NCBI GenBank assembly: GCA_030324005.1
Contig: JARDVH010000179.1
Coordinates: 5,856,776 to 5,920,728 of the forward strand
DNA from: Negaprion brevirostris
Lineage: Eukaryota
Length of the DNA: 63,953 bases
Direction of reading: 5' to 3'
A program made the translations under genes and the position numbers. The notes beneath the pieces were generated by a model, which had not been told where the DNA came from, ran no database searches, and saw nothing but the letters and a program-made list of their open reading frames with translations. Shown here piece after piece: positions 1 to 11,959 of this stretch (the first letter of the stretch is position 1; every line of letters starts with the position of its first letter).

Positions 1-445
1 TAAAGGTATACATACATTTTAGGGAGAAAAAGTATTCAGAATTTGAGTCTTTTACCAAAGCTTGATCTGAGAACATTCATTGATCGTTAACAATATAATC
101 ATAAGAATATGTGCTGCTAACAGCGATCATTGTANNNNNNNNNNNNNNNNNNNNNNNNNNNNNNNNNNNNNNNNNNNNNNNNNNNNNNNNNNNNNNNNNN
201 NNNNNNNNNNNNNNNNNNNNNNNNNNNNNNNNNNNNNNNNNNNNNNNNNNNNNNNNNNNNNNNNNNNNNNNNNNNAAAATTCCCCAATTTACACAAAAAA
301 TTGTAACTCATGTACCGTTAGGAAATTATTTCACAGCTGTGTATTTTCTGTACATTCACCTGCCTAAAATAAACATACAGGTATGGTGAATGCCAGGTAT
401 GAAAATCTACCTGCAATCACTTTATTTCTACACCTTGAGTAGTAC

Positions 446-652
446 CTGTTCTTGAAGCTCAGCTAGCCTCTGCGCCCGCTCCTCCTCAGAATCATCTGTG
501 CTACTGTCACTATCAGAAGAACTGTCACTGCTGCTGTCACTCGAGGACGAGGATGACACCTGGTTGGTCGGAGGCGGCACGGGAGGAGGAGATGGGACAA
601 CTGGTTCAACAGGCTCATCTGGCATTTTTGCAAAACGCATCTCAAACACATC
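446..652 (-). CDS. BRD4: BRD4 coding exon (exon 8 equivalent): end of BD2, Ser-rich phosphorylation cluster, start of motif B
   Basis: [19 protein letters not shown]...[37 protein letters not shown]. 207 nt; acceptor ttttctttccag|, donor CAG|gtacta. The gene continues beyond position 1. Confidence 0.97.
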
Positions 653-1879
653 CTGGAAAGAAAACAAAAATTCCAAAAATATGAAAGCATACTTCTGCCT
701 CCTTGATGTGTTTTGACCTACAAGGTTGCATTCGGGAATGCAGCTTTTTTATACGCCGTATATAAAAAGGTGACAAAGTGATTCACAATTCAACACATTG
801 GTANNNNNNNNNNNNNNNNNNNNNNNNNNNNNNNNNNNNNNNNNNNNNNNNNNNNNAACAAATCCTCAACTTAAGATGTCAAGGTGAAGCATTTTCTCAC
901 ATAAGCAAAAAGAAACTAGACAGCAAGTTGAGCCTGACAATATCACTTCCTTGAGAGGTTCGCTTGTCAGTAGAGGTACCCTCTGCTTCCTGTGGTTGGG
1001 AACACGTCCTGTGCCAAGTTAAAACAAAATCCTTTTTAGTGTTTTACTAACGTGAGCCAATATGCAACCTCAACAACTGCAGGGATCGAGTAATTGCCCC
1101 TCTCTTCGCACCCCACTTCAAACAGAAGGTTGTGGAGCTGTAAGTTGGTGAAACAAAGGTTGCAGTGAGCACACTGGCGCAAATTATCTCTTAATTGGGG
1201 ACTTAGTACCAGTTAGTTCAGAAGAGCAGTTTGGAAAGCTAACTGCTATCCAGGTTTTCCTAGCCTGAATACATGGAAGACTGTTGAAGCTCTAAAACAT
1301 GCGAATTTAATGTAGGGTGATGTTGCCTTAAGTACTGTCTCTCATTCAGTTTTATGTCTTCCTTAATGATTGCTTGTGCAAGAAGTAATCATAACAGTTA
1401 TACTAAAAGGAAACTATTCACTACATTGTGCTTATTTTAGTGGGTGATCGTCAACTGGGCTTGTGTTCTAACCCAAGTTCCCTATTGCTCTCCCATTTAA
1501 TTTTAAATTCTTCCTTTTCAAATACGCTTCACTTTATAGTTCTTACATTCCACATCACAATAATCTCAACAATCCCTCTTGCTCATTTGTTACCAATTGG
1601 CCAGTGGAAATAATCTGTCACTATTTACCTTTCATACTTTGAATATCCTATTAGAATGATCCTCAACCATTTCTTTTTCAGTTAACATAATTTTCAATCA
1701 TTCTTTATGACTTTTGATTCCCAGTTCCTTAATAGTGTTTTACTAGTGTCCCCTTTTCACAGCTCTTACTGTAGCGTAACCAGAAACAAACACCATCTTC
1801 CACTGTCTCCAGAAAAATAGCAGGTAGTAATTCATCATAATTAACTTACACTTTCATTTACAATGATTCAATGTGTGAA

Positions 1880-2285
1880 AAAACATTTATTTGTCATCTT
1901 TCACATCCTCAGGATCTCCCAAAGTGCTTTGCAACCAAGCCATTTTTTTTTAAAAACAGCAAACAGAGAATACAGGTAAAAAGAGCAATTTGCACAAAGT
2001 AACATTCTACCTACAACAATAAGATAGACTTTGAATGGTATTAATGGAGGAAAATTTGTTGGCTAGGTATTCTTGTTTCTCTCTGAATAGAAACGTGAGA
2101 TTTTTAAGTCCAACTGAGAGAATTGTTGAAGTCACCAATGTATGATCTGAAAGATGGCATCTCTTACAATGGAGGTGAGTGTCAGTACGAACTGTCAATT
2201 TAAAGTCTTTGGATTGTCAACTTGAGTCTCCGGATGGTATCATGAACCTTTCGTCACAGCAACGAGTGTGATCACTGAGTCTATA
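1880..2285 (-). mobile_element. Degenerate DeuSINE-like SINE
   Basis: ctttcacatcctcaggatctcccaaagtgcttt is the reverse complement of the 15560-15600 tail; also atctgaaagatggcatctc. A further tail fragment lies at ~3870-4020. Confidence 0.5.
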
Positions 2286-2500
2286 TCGATACTTCAACTT
2301 CCAAAATCATTAATTTTTTTTTCAACTCAAGAATGTGAATTCACAACAAAGAATTAGCAGAGTAACCTTCATTCTATCAAACCAGTTATCTTTAAACAAT
2401 TTATATTTATAGAGCATCATGAAGACGGATTAACTAGCAGGCTTTACAGACCAAAGGACAAATTCATTGCAATTCATCTCTTTCAGAACCAGATACCAAC

Positions 2501-2629
2501 CTGCAGTTTTCTTGCCATGGCCACCACCTCATGATCAGGAGGATTATATNNNNNNNAATTGGAGAACATCAACCGAACATCTGCTGCAAATTCTTGAGCG
2601 TCACCATACTGTCTGTTGTCCATTTTTGA
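2501..2629 (-). CDS. BRD4: BRD4 coding exon (exon 7 equivalent), BD2 core; not in the ORF track
   Basis: Hand translation SKMDNRQYGDAQEFAADVRLMFSN[xxx]YNPPDHEVVAMARKLQ. The 7 Ns (2550-2556) fall where CYK is expected and keep the frame. 129 nt; acceptor cttgcttctag|, donor CAG|gttggt. Confidence 0.95.
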
Positions 2630-5600
2630 CTAGAAGCAAGACAGGAGGAATGTCAATACTCATAAGATGTTTTGTGAATTGTAAGCAAATTATTTAAAAA
2701 CTATTAAATATTTTAAAGTGCCTTTTACCAATACTGTTGGGACAAGGGAATGATTTCCAATCAAAAAGATAGTCACAAAAAATTCTGGAGGGGGAACTTA
2801 GAGTTAAGATCTAGGCAACAGGTCCTCGACTGTAGAATGGAATTTAACTATAACTATATCAAGACTATTAGAATCAGTATACCCAACAAGGATCTACAAT
2901 TTCAGAGCAACAGCATAGGTCAAATACATGGATGGGAAAAGTTTAAGTGGGATATGGACCAAATGCAGGCAAAGGGGACTAGTTCAGTTAAGGAAATCTG
3001 GTTGGCATGGACGAATTGGGCCAAAGGGTCTGCTTCTGAGCTGTACATCTGATTCTAATCACATGATCTGACTGAATCCTTTCAGATAGTGACAATATAG
3101 CGCAAAACAGCATGCTGCTGACTCAATATTTTTAAGGCTTTTTAAGCACTGCATTCTTCAGTAGAGAATATGGTTCTAATTTGAAATGTAAAAACTGTAT
3201 CTCTTTATACAAATTAGCTTCACAAACAGCAGACAGAGAAATGCATAAAACAAGACTCTCTCAATACTACCCCAGTATTCCTCTCCTCGCATATCTAGAA
3301 ATATCCAACGGTGTCTTTCCCTAAAGTTCATATGAAGTGCATTATGCAAAAGTCTCACTTCAATTAACCCATTTTACTGCTCCAGTGCTCTTCATAGTCT
3401 CAACGTTTTGAAACACAGAATGAAAGGCTCTAGAACAATGGTCCCTTCCCCTCCTCCCACACCCAAAGAAATTCTACTTAGCTTCATGAACTGCAACTAA
3501 CTACCTCTTCCTTCTCCCAAATGAAGCACAATGTTTGCTAATGTTCCTAAAATGTTAATACAAGGTCTTTATAGCCTTCCCTTGCAGATATAATCTGATA
3601 ATTCAATGCTGCATGGAACATTAATTTTCAAGCTACATAACAAAGACCTGACTGAGAACTGAAGTGATATTTATGCATCTCCCAGTGATTCTTGCAGGTC
3701 TCCAGCTGACAAAAGTTATGAACAATTACCTATTCTATGCCTTCCCCTCTTTTCGATATACCTTTCTTGACTCTCAAGTCCCGATGTTGGTTTACCTCCT
3801 TTCCCTTCATAAAAGGCAGCACATGCTGCCCTGCTTCATCACAAATTGAAAACAAGGTTCTGAAGAAAGCCTTGTATTTTTAGTGCATTGTTCCAGACTT
3901 CAGGATATCCCAAATCACTTTACAACCAATTAAGGTCTCTTGAAGCGTAGTAATTGTAGTAATGTCGTAAACGATTCAGCCAATTTGCACATAGCAAATT
4001 AGAGTGATGCAATAGCAGTTTATCTTCAGAAAGTAGAAATTCACAGTACAGAGAAATGGACTCCATTAAATACCCACATTTAAATATCCTGTCTGTATTT
4101 CTGAACAACTGAGCACATTGTTATTGATATAAATGTGAAATGATTAATTCCACGGAGGTACAAAGGGCCTGTGAAATGGTTGTGGTTAGCCAATAGGACT
4201 ACTAGAAAGTAATAGATTTTAAAAAGTGAATTAAGATTTTTTTAAAGTTTGTGTTATGTTATTCATTGGCCAGCAAGGTTGATAGTTATACTTGGCACAG
4301 TCATGTCATTACTGGCTGGCAAACTTGCTCAAAGCAACATTTTACTTATAAGTAGATCTCAAACAAATATACAATTATGAAATAATTTAGTGATGGATCA
4401 CTTGTTCCAAATTAAGCTGAGACGCACAAGTTTGCAACATTGGGGCATTATAGAAAATTACCAAGTAAATGCCACTTGATTTCGTAAGTAAACTATCAAT
4501 CCAGCTCACAACTTCAAACATTTGAAAGACTATATTTCAGAATCAACAGACAACCATGTGAACCTTCAAAATACAACTTCCAATGTAAAGCCTAATGAAA
4601 TCCAAAAAAGCTTCAGAGTGCTTCATCTCCCAGAATGAATATGCGTAAATGACAAAGTCCAACTTAGCAAAACACTCCAGTCTTTTATTCCAGCGTCTGC
4701 TGGGTTGATGGTGTGTACGTTTACTCTAACCCCTCTCCTTTCTCATTTTTTGACTCCTGAATCACGTGAAGATTCAGTTTATCGTACAGCTTAAAACACA
4801 CTCCCACTCTCCCAAGTTTCATTTCACTTCTGTACTATTCCTCCACCTAGACTCATATCTGGTCTGAATTGTACTCTATTACACTTCAGTCATTTCAACA
4901 TTCTCCATCACAGGTGAGGCTATTAACATCACCTTCCACATGCAGCAAATCAATGTTTTATAAAAAGCCAACACAAGAACAATGGGTCAAATGGCCTGTG
5001 TTGTACAAGAACATCATTTTTCAGACTTCACCAAAGTCCAAGTAATTGCTCCTGAAATAACCAAATTTCAAATTTAACCCTCTAAACTCTCTGCAATGGG
5101 TTGTGATTATATAAATGAAAAAAGATTTTAAAAATGCAAGGGATGATATTAATTCATTAATGATTTTGAGGACCTTAGCAGTTAATTCTCTAGTCTTCTC
5201 ATCTCACACAAGATTTAAATGGCACAACAGCCTTGCCATTTTGTTCACAAAAGCAAGCCAAAAGCACCGAGGGAGGAGCATTGAAAGCAGAGGCATCAAG
5301 AATAGGATCAGAATAGTGTAGAGGCAGTCAAGAGACGAAGAGCTAAAAAGCACTGAACTGAGTGAGATCAAAGATATGAAATCAAAGCATCTCCAAGAAG
5401 TATCCCAAAGTCTGTGCTGTCTTTGTAAAACGGCTGCAAGTTACAAGCATTTGCATTTGTTTTAAATTTGAAACTTCTAGGCTGTAAGAGAGACTGGCTC
5501 ACAATAAAAACAATCTTCAACAACACCACAATCCAGCTGGTTAAACCATTCTCACACAAGCCCAGTAAGAAAATCATTCCATGTAATCAAGCTACAGAGC

Positions 5601-6500
5601 TACAAGCTACACTCAGTGATAAGTCTGCAATGCTCATATCTTGCAGTATGGTATTAAGACTTGCAACACTGAAGTGAAATGGCAGATCTTCTGTGGTGTT
5701 CAAGTTTAAAAATGAATGGAAGCAAACAATTTTAATTGTAAAGATCAGTTAAATTTTCAATTACATGCACTTGATTATTGCAAATAGACATTTTGATGTT
5801 CACAAATAACATACTTGCACTGTGAACTGTTTCAAGTATTCATGCCATTTTCTTAATTGTGACATTATCTAATGAAAGCAAACTGTAAAAAACCATATGA
5901 TCACTGATTCTCACCCAGAATTCATTAGAGAAAAAAATCTACTGTACTGAATGCATTTAAGGTTACACTGGAATTCTCTGCAACACAGGAGATATGGCTC
6001 AAATCATTTGATAGAATGAGAAGCGTCAAAAGGGTATGTATTCAGGGAAAGTAGACAAGAAAGAATGGAAACAGAAACAGAAACAGAGAGATAACTATGG
6101 AGGTTTTTTTGCTATGTTTGGCATTGTAGCTATTGCAGAATTTACAGTCTGCTACAGAACAGTAATGGCACAGATAATGTTACCATGCCACAATTAAATT
6201 ATTCATAGATTTGAGTTTTATGATTACAGGATCAGTAGCTCTTTTTGGCAGATTCATTGACCAACAAACACTTGCATTTTAAATCGATGAAAGTGATAGC
6301 TACCTTCTCCAGCAATCTTGTAATTTTAAGACCTTTAAATATCTTAGTGATGTTCCCAAACAATCAAATATTATTCACATTCTGTTCCAGTAGCTTTGTT
6401 ACAATCACTGACTACTGGCAATCACTTCAGCCATCTGATTGTCCTGCATTTGAGGTCATCTCAGACCAATGCCAGTAAAGGCAGGCAATAAGCATCAGCG

Positions 6501-6782
6501 AGCACCCACAGTGGTTAGCACTGCTGCCTCACAGCACCAGGGACCCGGGTTCAATTCAATTTGTGTTCAGTTTGCATGTTCACCCTGTATCTGCGTGGGA
6601 TTTCTCTGGGTGCTCCAATTTCCTCCCAAGATGTGCAGGTTAGGTGGATTTGCCATGTTAAATTGTCCATTGATTAACGTTGGTAAATGTGCAGGGTTAT
6701 GGTGACTGGAGGGGACTGGGTGTGATGCTCTGTCAGTGTCAATGGGATGGATGGTCTCCTTCTGCGTTGGAGGGATTCCAAT
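6501..6782 (+). mobile_element. tRNA-derived V-SINE (HE1-like), CR1-type tail
   Basis: A-box cagtggttagcactgctgcctcacagc, B-box gggttcaattc, V-domain agtttgcatgttc...tgcgtggg.tttctc.gggtgctcc. Confidence 0.85.
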
Positions 6783-7724
6783 GAATAATGGCTCATTTTT
6801 CTCAATTTGTGAAAATGCAGCCTTTTGGTTTTTAATCACAATTAATCCAAATGAATAACGCCATGGGAATAAATCACATAACTGATCCATAGTCAACATA
6901 CCCCTTGCAGCCATGTTTGGTGGTCAGAACACTTGATAATGTTTTTCAGAATTTCCCCAAGGGTTTAACTATGTAGCACACGGATGGCTAGTGGGTTAAC
7001 AAAAACACAACTACCGAACGTAAAAATTCATCTCAAAACTCACATCCGTAAGTAACTAGGAAATCTAGGGAAAGTTGCTCAAGCTGTGACAGCAATATGC
7101 AACATGAGTTTCTGAAAAGGAGAACAGAGACCTAGTAACACTTACCTTCAAATCTATTCTCAACCTCTGTTGAAAATTTACAATTTCAAAAGCTGCGTAA
7201 CAGAAATAGAACAGCCTAAAAACTAATTTATTTAATTTCACAAGTGGTTCAAACGATATTTGTTCTGAGTATCCAATTATATTCCAATGTAATACTCTCA
7301 TTGCCAGGTTTGTCATTCTTGTAGAGGAAAAGTATGAAGAAATTGCTCCCTGGAACCTTGGTAAAACTTCGACACATTAGAAATAGAATTGGACGTGGTC
7401 AGTCAACCCAAATAGGTGTCTTCAATTAAAGGCAGATGGAATTCCAGGAGGTAATACAGCCCTCAAAACCATCAATAAAATCTACCTCGCCTTTTCCAGT
7501 TGACATAAATCAGTAGCTGTTTGGTAGTACACAACTTGAGGAAAACAATACATTTTTTGTTGAAGCCATTTATCTTTCACTCCTGAGGACATCCGCAAAG
7601 ATACAAATTTGTACTGTTCAAGAAGAGTGCATGGATTGGCAAGTGGTCTTACATTGGTAAATGTGTTGCCATGGAGAATGCACCAGTTGATGGCAGCTAA
7701 CAGTTAACTTAACGCTGAGCAATT

Positions 7725-7799
7725 ACATAAGAACATAAGAAATAGGAGCAGGAGTAGGCCATCCAGCCCTTCGAGCCTGCCCCACCATTCAATAAGATC
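7725..7799 (-). mobile_element. CR1-type LINE 3' terminus (runs into gap)
   Basis: acataagaacataagaaataggagcaggagtaggccat.agccc.tcgagcctgc, also seen at 25250, 60950 and 63878. Confidence 0.75.
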
Positions 7800-7941
7800 N
7801 NNNNNNNNNNNNNNNNNNNNNNNNNNNNNNNNNNNNNNNNNNNNNNNNNNNNNNNNNNNNNNNNNNNNNNNNNNNNNNNNNNNNNNNNNNNNNNNNNNNN
7901 NNNNNNNNNAATCAGTGGCAAAATTTTGTCCACAAGCTCAC

Positions 7942-8203
7942 TAGAATCGTAGAATCCCTATAGTACAGGAGGCAGCCATTCGGCTCATCGAGTCTGCACC
8001 AACCACAATCCCACCCAGGCCCTATTCCCACAACTCCACATATTCACCCTGCTAATCCCCTGACACTAGGGTCAATTTAGCATGGCCAATCTACCTAACC
8101 CACATATCTTGGAAGGAACCTGGAGAACTCTGAGGAAACCCACACAGATTGAAATTGAACCTGCGTCCCTGGCACCATGAGGCAGCAGTGCTAACCACTG
8201 TGA
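7942..8203 (-). mobile_element. V-SINE (HE1-like), CR1-type tail
   Basis: Reverse complement of the same family; ends gaggcagcagtgctaaccactgtg. Confidence 0.85.
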
Positions 8204-10420
8204 ACCCTATTATTTAAAGGCTGCGATGTTGGCTGGGGAAATAAAGTGGATATTTTCCCCCATGAATTTAGGCCTCATGACATCATGTCCAGTGCTTCAT
8301 NNNNNNNNNNGAGAAAGTAGCAATTAAAATGCACAAACACAAACGTGTTAAGATGCTTTTCCTATTCTGGCATTGTGGCAGCAGGCTGAATGGTTACTCC
8401 TAAGCCTTATTGATTTGATTCTACTGTCTATTAATTTTGAAGGCAAAGTAATCAGACTGGCTGACTTTAAAAACTGCCCACCTTAAGCACATCCTAGTTA
8501 TCTATTTTACACCTTATCCAATTTGCCCATTAACTCTGCCTTTCCTGTGACACTTGTAGCATCCTCCTTTTTTGTAAAGGCAATATATGCGTACCTGCTT
8601 AGTGCAGATGCTTTAATGTAAAACCAGAACTACTTAAATAAACTGTAGTGCAAAGGAATTTCATGATTGTGCTGATAAATTTGATGCTGCTGAAATCAAG
8701 TGCAATCTTCAAACTTTTTAAATTTTGCTGACTTTCTCCTATTTCAATTGACTCCCAGTTTTTTGACTCACCAGTCCAAGCACTTCCTAGCTAGTCACAC
8801 AGACCAGTTATCTCACCCGAACACTAGTAAAGATGCCTGGATTCAATCTCATACTCGAACTCAGCATCACCCCCCAAGATGTGGAATGTTATAGAATCAA
8901 GGGCAAGGTTAAAAATAAATTCAAAGAGCGGTGAATAAATCAAACCAATACCGTCCGCTCAATAAAGCTTTTGCACTGCCACACAAGTGCACTGTTCCAA
9001 ATACACACATTGATTTGAGTCAACATCAAAATGAAATTTGCATTAGATTCAGATACTAATCCGTTAGCAATTTAATGCTTCATTGCCTCAAACAACCTAT
9101 GCAAAAAAATGAGCAAGCTCATTAATAAGGCGGATGGAGAAAGCATATTACATTTATCAAATTGTAAATAAATGCTGTAATGACTTAACTACTGCAATCT
9201 TGCTACAGATGTGCGCAAAAGCGAACCTAGTGAGTAGTAGTGGGATTAACCTATTGTATTATCTGGTTTTGAACACTAAAGGATTCACTTACTACAGTTG
9301 ATTTATGACATTCAGAACTCCAAATTCATGCATTTCTCATCCTGTCATTTCTAAAGGGAGGGCATGTGCCGAGAGAAATCAGACAATAATCAGCTTTTAT
9401 TTGGAATCAGGGCTAAGGCTAGACTGTGGGCATCATTCTCGGATTGTCATTTACAAACACACATGAAGACAATGTTAGATGTAGCTCATCATTAACCCTC
9501 AGTAAGACAATATCACATGATAGTTTTTCTGCGTCACAAACCAGACTGACTACAAAGTGGCCAGTCGCGCTTAACTTCTCAAGTCGAAATAAAACCCACA
9601 CAGCAGTCATCCGTTCAATATTCTCTTTATAAGCACTTGTTAAAAAATGGGAGGAAATTCCTATTTTGGTAAAGAAAATTAGGATGGGGAACCAAAAGTA
9701 AACCATACTCGTGACTTACCAATTTCTTTTGTGGGCAAACTTGAAATACAAATTTAATATTCACGAGCAGTTCAACTTTCAGTTAAGATTTAGGGTCAAC
9801 AGGGGTTAGGAGCGCTTGCTAAGGCACTTGATGCAATGCACAAAGTTTACTGAAAATTGCACTTAATCCAATTACTTTGCATGAGTGAATAAGGTTGTCT
9901 TGGTTGTTAAACAATGGAACTCTTGGCCTCTGTGATTACCTGATAGTTTGTAGTTCTTTTCATTTTAAATTCTTACTCTCTTCAATTTTACCAATTTCAG
10001 ATCATGCATTTATAAACCTCTGCTGACGAATATAAACATTAAGAAAGTAATTTTAAGTATTAGTTTAATAATCTTAACAGGACCTCAGACCAGTGGAGGT
10101 CAACGTCAAAAGGTAATAGGAATTCAAAACCCTTCTGGGTGCAATCTAGTCTTTGTACAGACTACATACATGCGCTTTAGAAACCAGTGTATTGTAAGAT
10201 ACATCAAGGCATCATCCGGTGCAATTTAAGATGGCTTTGCTTGGGACTACGCCTGCATAATGTCTCAAGGTGTACAATGTAAAATGTCACTTAGTATTTC
10301 GTTAAAGAACCAATGAGATATAACAGACCTCAAAAGGATCAATACAGGACAGATTCAATGGTGCTGTACAATCCAAGCCCTAAAGTTACAGCTACAAGAG
10401 ACTGTAAGGTATTGGCTTAC

Positions 10421-10843
10421 TTTAATAGTACTGAGATCCATGGGATGTTTAATAATGTCGTGATAATCGTGGAGTCCCAAGGCTTCTACGTCCACAGGTT
10501 TATAGAAGGGCCAGGCATAGGCTGCGTGCTTCTTGGCGAACATTTCCTTGAGAATGCCAGTGCAGTACTTCAACTGTTCCGAAACCTTTCCACTGCCAAC
10601 CACAACCCCAACACCTCCACCGCCACTACCTACAACCCCACCACCTCCACCCCCACCCGTCTCCAGATGTTGCTGCTGGGAGTCTGGCATTTCTTTCTTA
10701 GCCGGTTTTGGAGGTCTGCCGCTTCGAGATGGAATCTTTGCAGGTTTGGGTTCAGTCATTAATGGAGAAGACTCTCGACTCTTCACGGCAACATTGGTTG
10801 TTGGAGTTGTTGTGTCAGCTTTCCTTTTCACACCCTTTTTATG
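10421..10843 (-). CDS. BRD4: BRD4 coding exon (exon 6 equivalent), motif A and first half of bromodomain 2
   Basis: [16 protein letters not shown]...[56 protein letters not shown]. 423 nt; acceptor ttctctctctctccaag|, donor AAA|gtaagc. Confidence 0.96.
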
Positions 10844-11651
10844 CTTGGAGAGAGAGAGAAAAAAATGCATATTAAGTCCTGAACATGCCATCCTACTAGA
10901 CATTATTAGCCGAACAATGCATAATGTGAAATAGACTGAAGGGGGGAGATATTAATATAGTTTATCCTTGTGACTGGTGAAGCAAACATTCTACTTTAAA
11001 ATATTCCTCTTTCGCGACAAAACTGAAAGCTTCTAAATTCTGACTGCTTCATGGAGAGGAAGGATATCACAAGTCAACTTTTGATGAGTTAAAAGCACAA
11101 CCCAAGACAAAAGCAGATGTCAACCATAACCACACCTGGCGGACAGACATTGTCTTAAAAGCACACAATTTTCACAAATTGTTTCAAATGCTGCAACGCT
11201 ACGTCAGATTGAGCAAAAGGAATTTAAAATACAATGACATGGTTCCCGAGAATTCCATGGGGAAATTGCTCAGAAGTAATTCACAGTACACTCTTAGCTT
11301 AACGAAGTACTTTGGCCTTGATTTTTTTTTGATGTTCCCATTTTCATTAGACCTCTCACTCAACCCAATGTCTGATCGGGAGCACTAATGATTAGTCTTC
11401 CATTGTGGGTAATCAGGAATACTACAAAAAAACTTGGCAAAGTTCTTGGTTAAAATCTATTTTTAACCAGCAGCTGGTCCACTATTCGAGAAATACTCAA
11501 GTACACTTTAAAAAGCGTTGGGGCTATCTGTGTATATTTATCAAAGATTATACTGATTTCTCTATATAGATTTGGACCCAAAAGATTACAGCCTGAAAGG
11601 AAGAACAAAGGGAACAAAAACTAGGGGAGAAGCTACTGAAAGGTTATCTAC

Positions 11652-11959
11652 CTTTGAAGGCTGTGATGCTGTCGTCATTACTGTCGTTGGCGTGAGGGTC
11701 GGCATTGGGGGAGCCGATGTATGTGGCGACACGGTCGTTGTGGGTGGCTGGACAATCAGGTCAGGCGTTGCAGGAGGAAATGACTGGGGTGTGGGCGCTG
11801 GCACCGATACAGAAGGAAGCTGCGGCTGTGGTGGTGGCGGCTGAGAGGCCTGGGGTGTCCGCTGGGATGGCGGTGGCTGCTGCGTCTGTGCTGGTGCCAA
11901 GTGTGGCACGGTTGTCTGTTTGACAGTCTGTACAGTTGACATGTTGGGTTTAGACTGAA
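11652..11959 (-). CDS. BRD4: BRD4 coding exon (exon 5 equivalent), Pro/Gln/Thr-rich linker
   Basis: (V)QSKPNMSTVQ...FPPATPDLIVQPP...ASQPSK; the TPDLIVQ motif is BRD4-like. 308 nt, phase 1 to 0, matching both neighbours; acceptor ttttcatttag|, donor AAG|gtagat. Confidence 0.92.

Noticed and set aside
2550-2556. Ns inside exon 7 as a sign of pseudogenisation
   Set aside because: The gap length preserves the frame and the expected 129-nt exon size; this is missing data.
6501-6560. tRNA-like A/B boxes as tRNA genes
   Set aside because: They are SINE heads that continue directly into the V-domain and do not form a full cloverleaf.
10313-11923. Plus-strand ORFs (149, 133, 90 and 72 aa), and likewise 498-716 and 36126-36314
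   Set aside because: They are antisense shadows of GC-rich BRD4 exons, with no independent coding signal.
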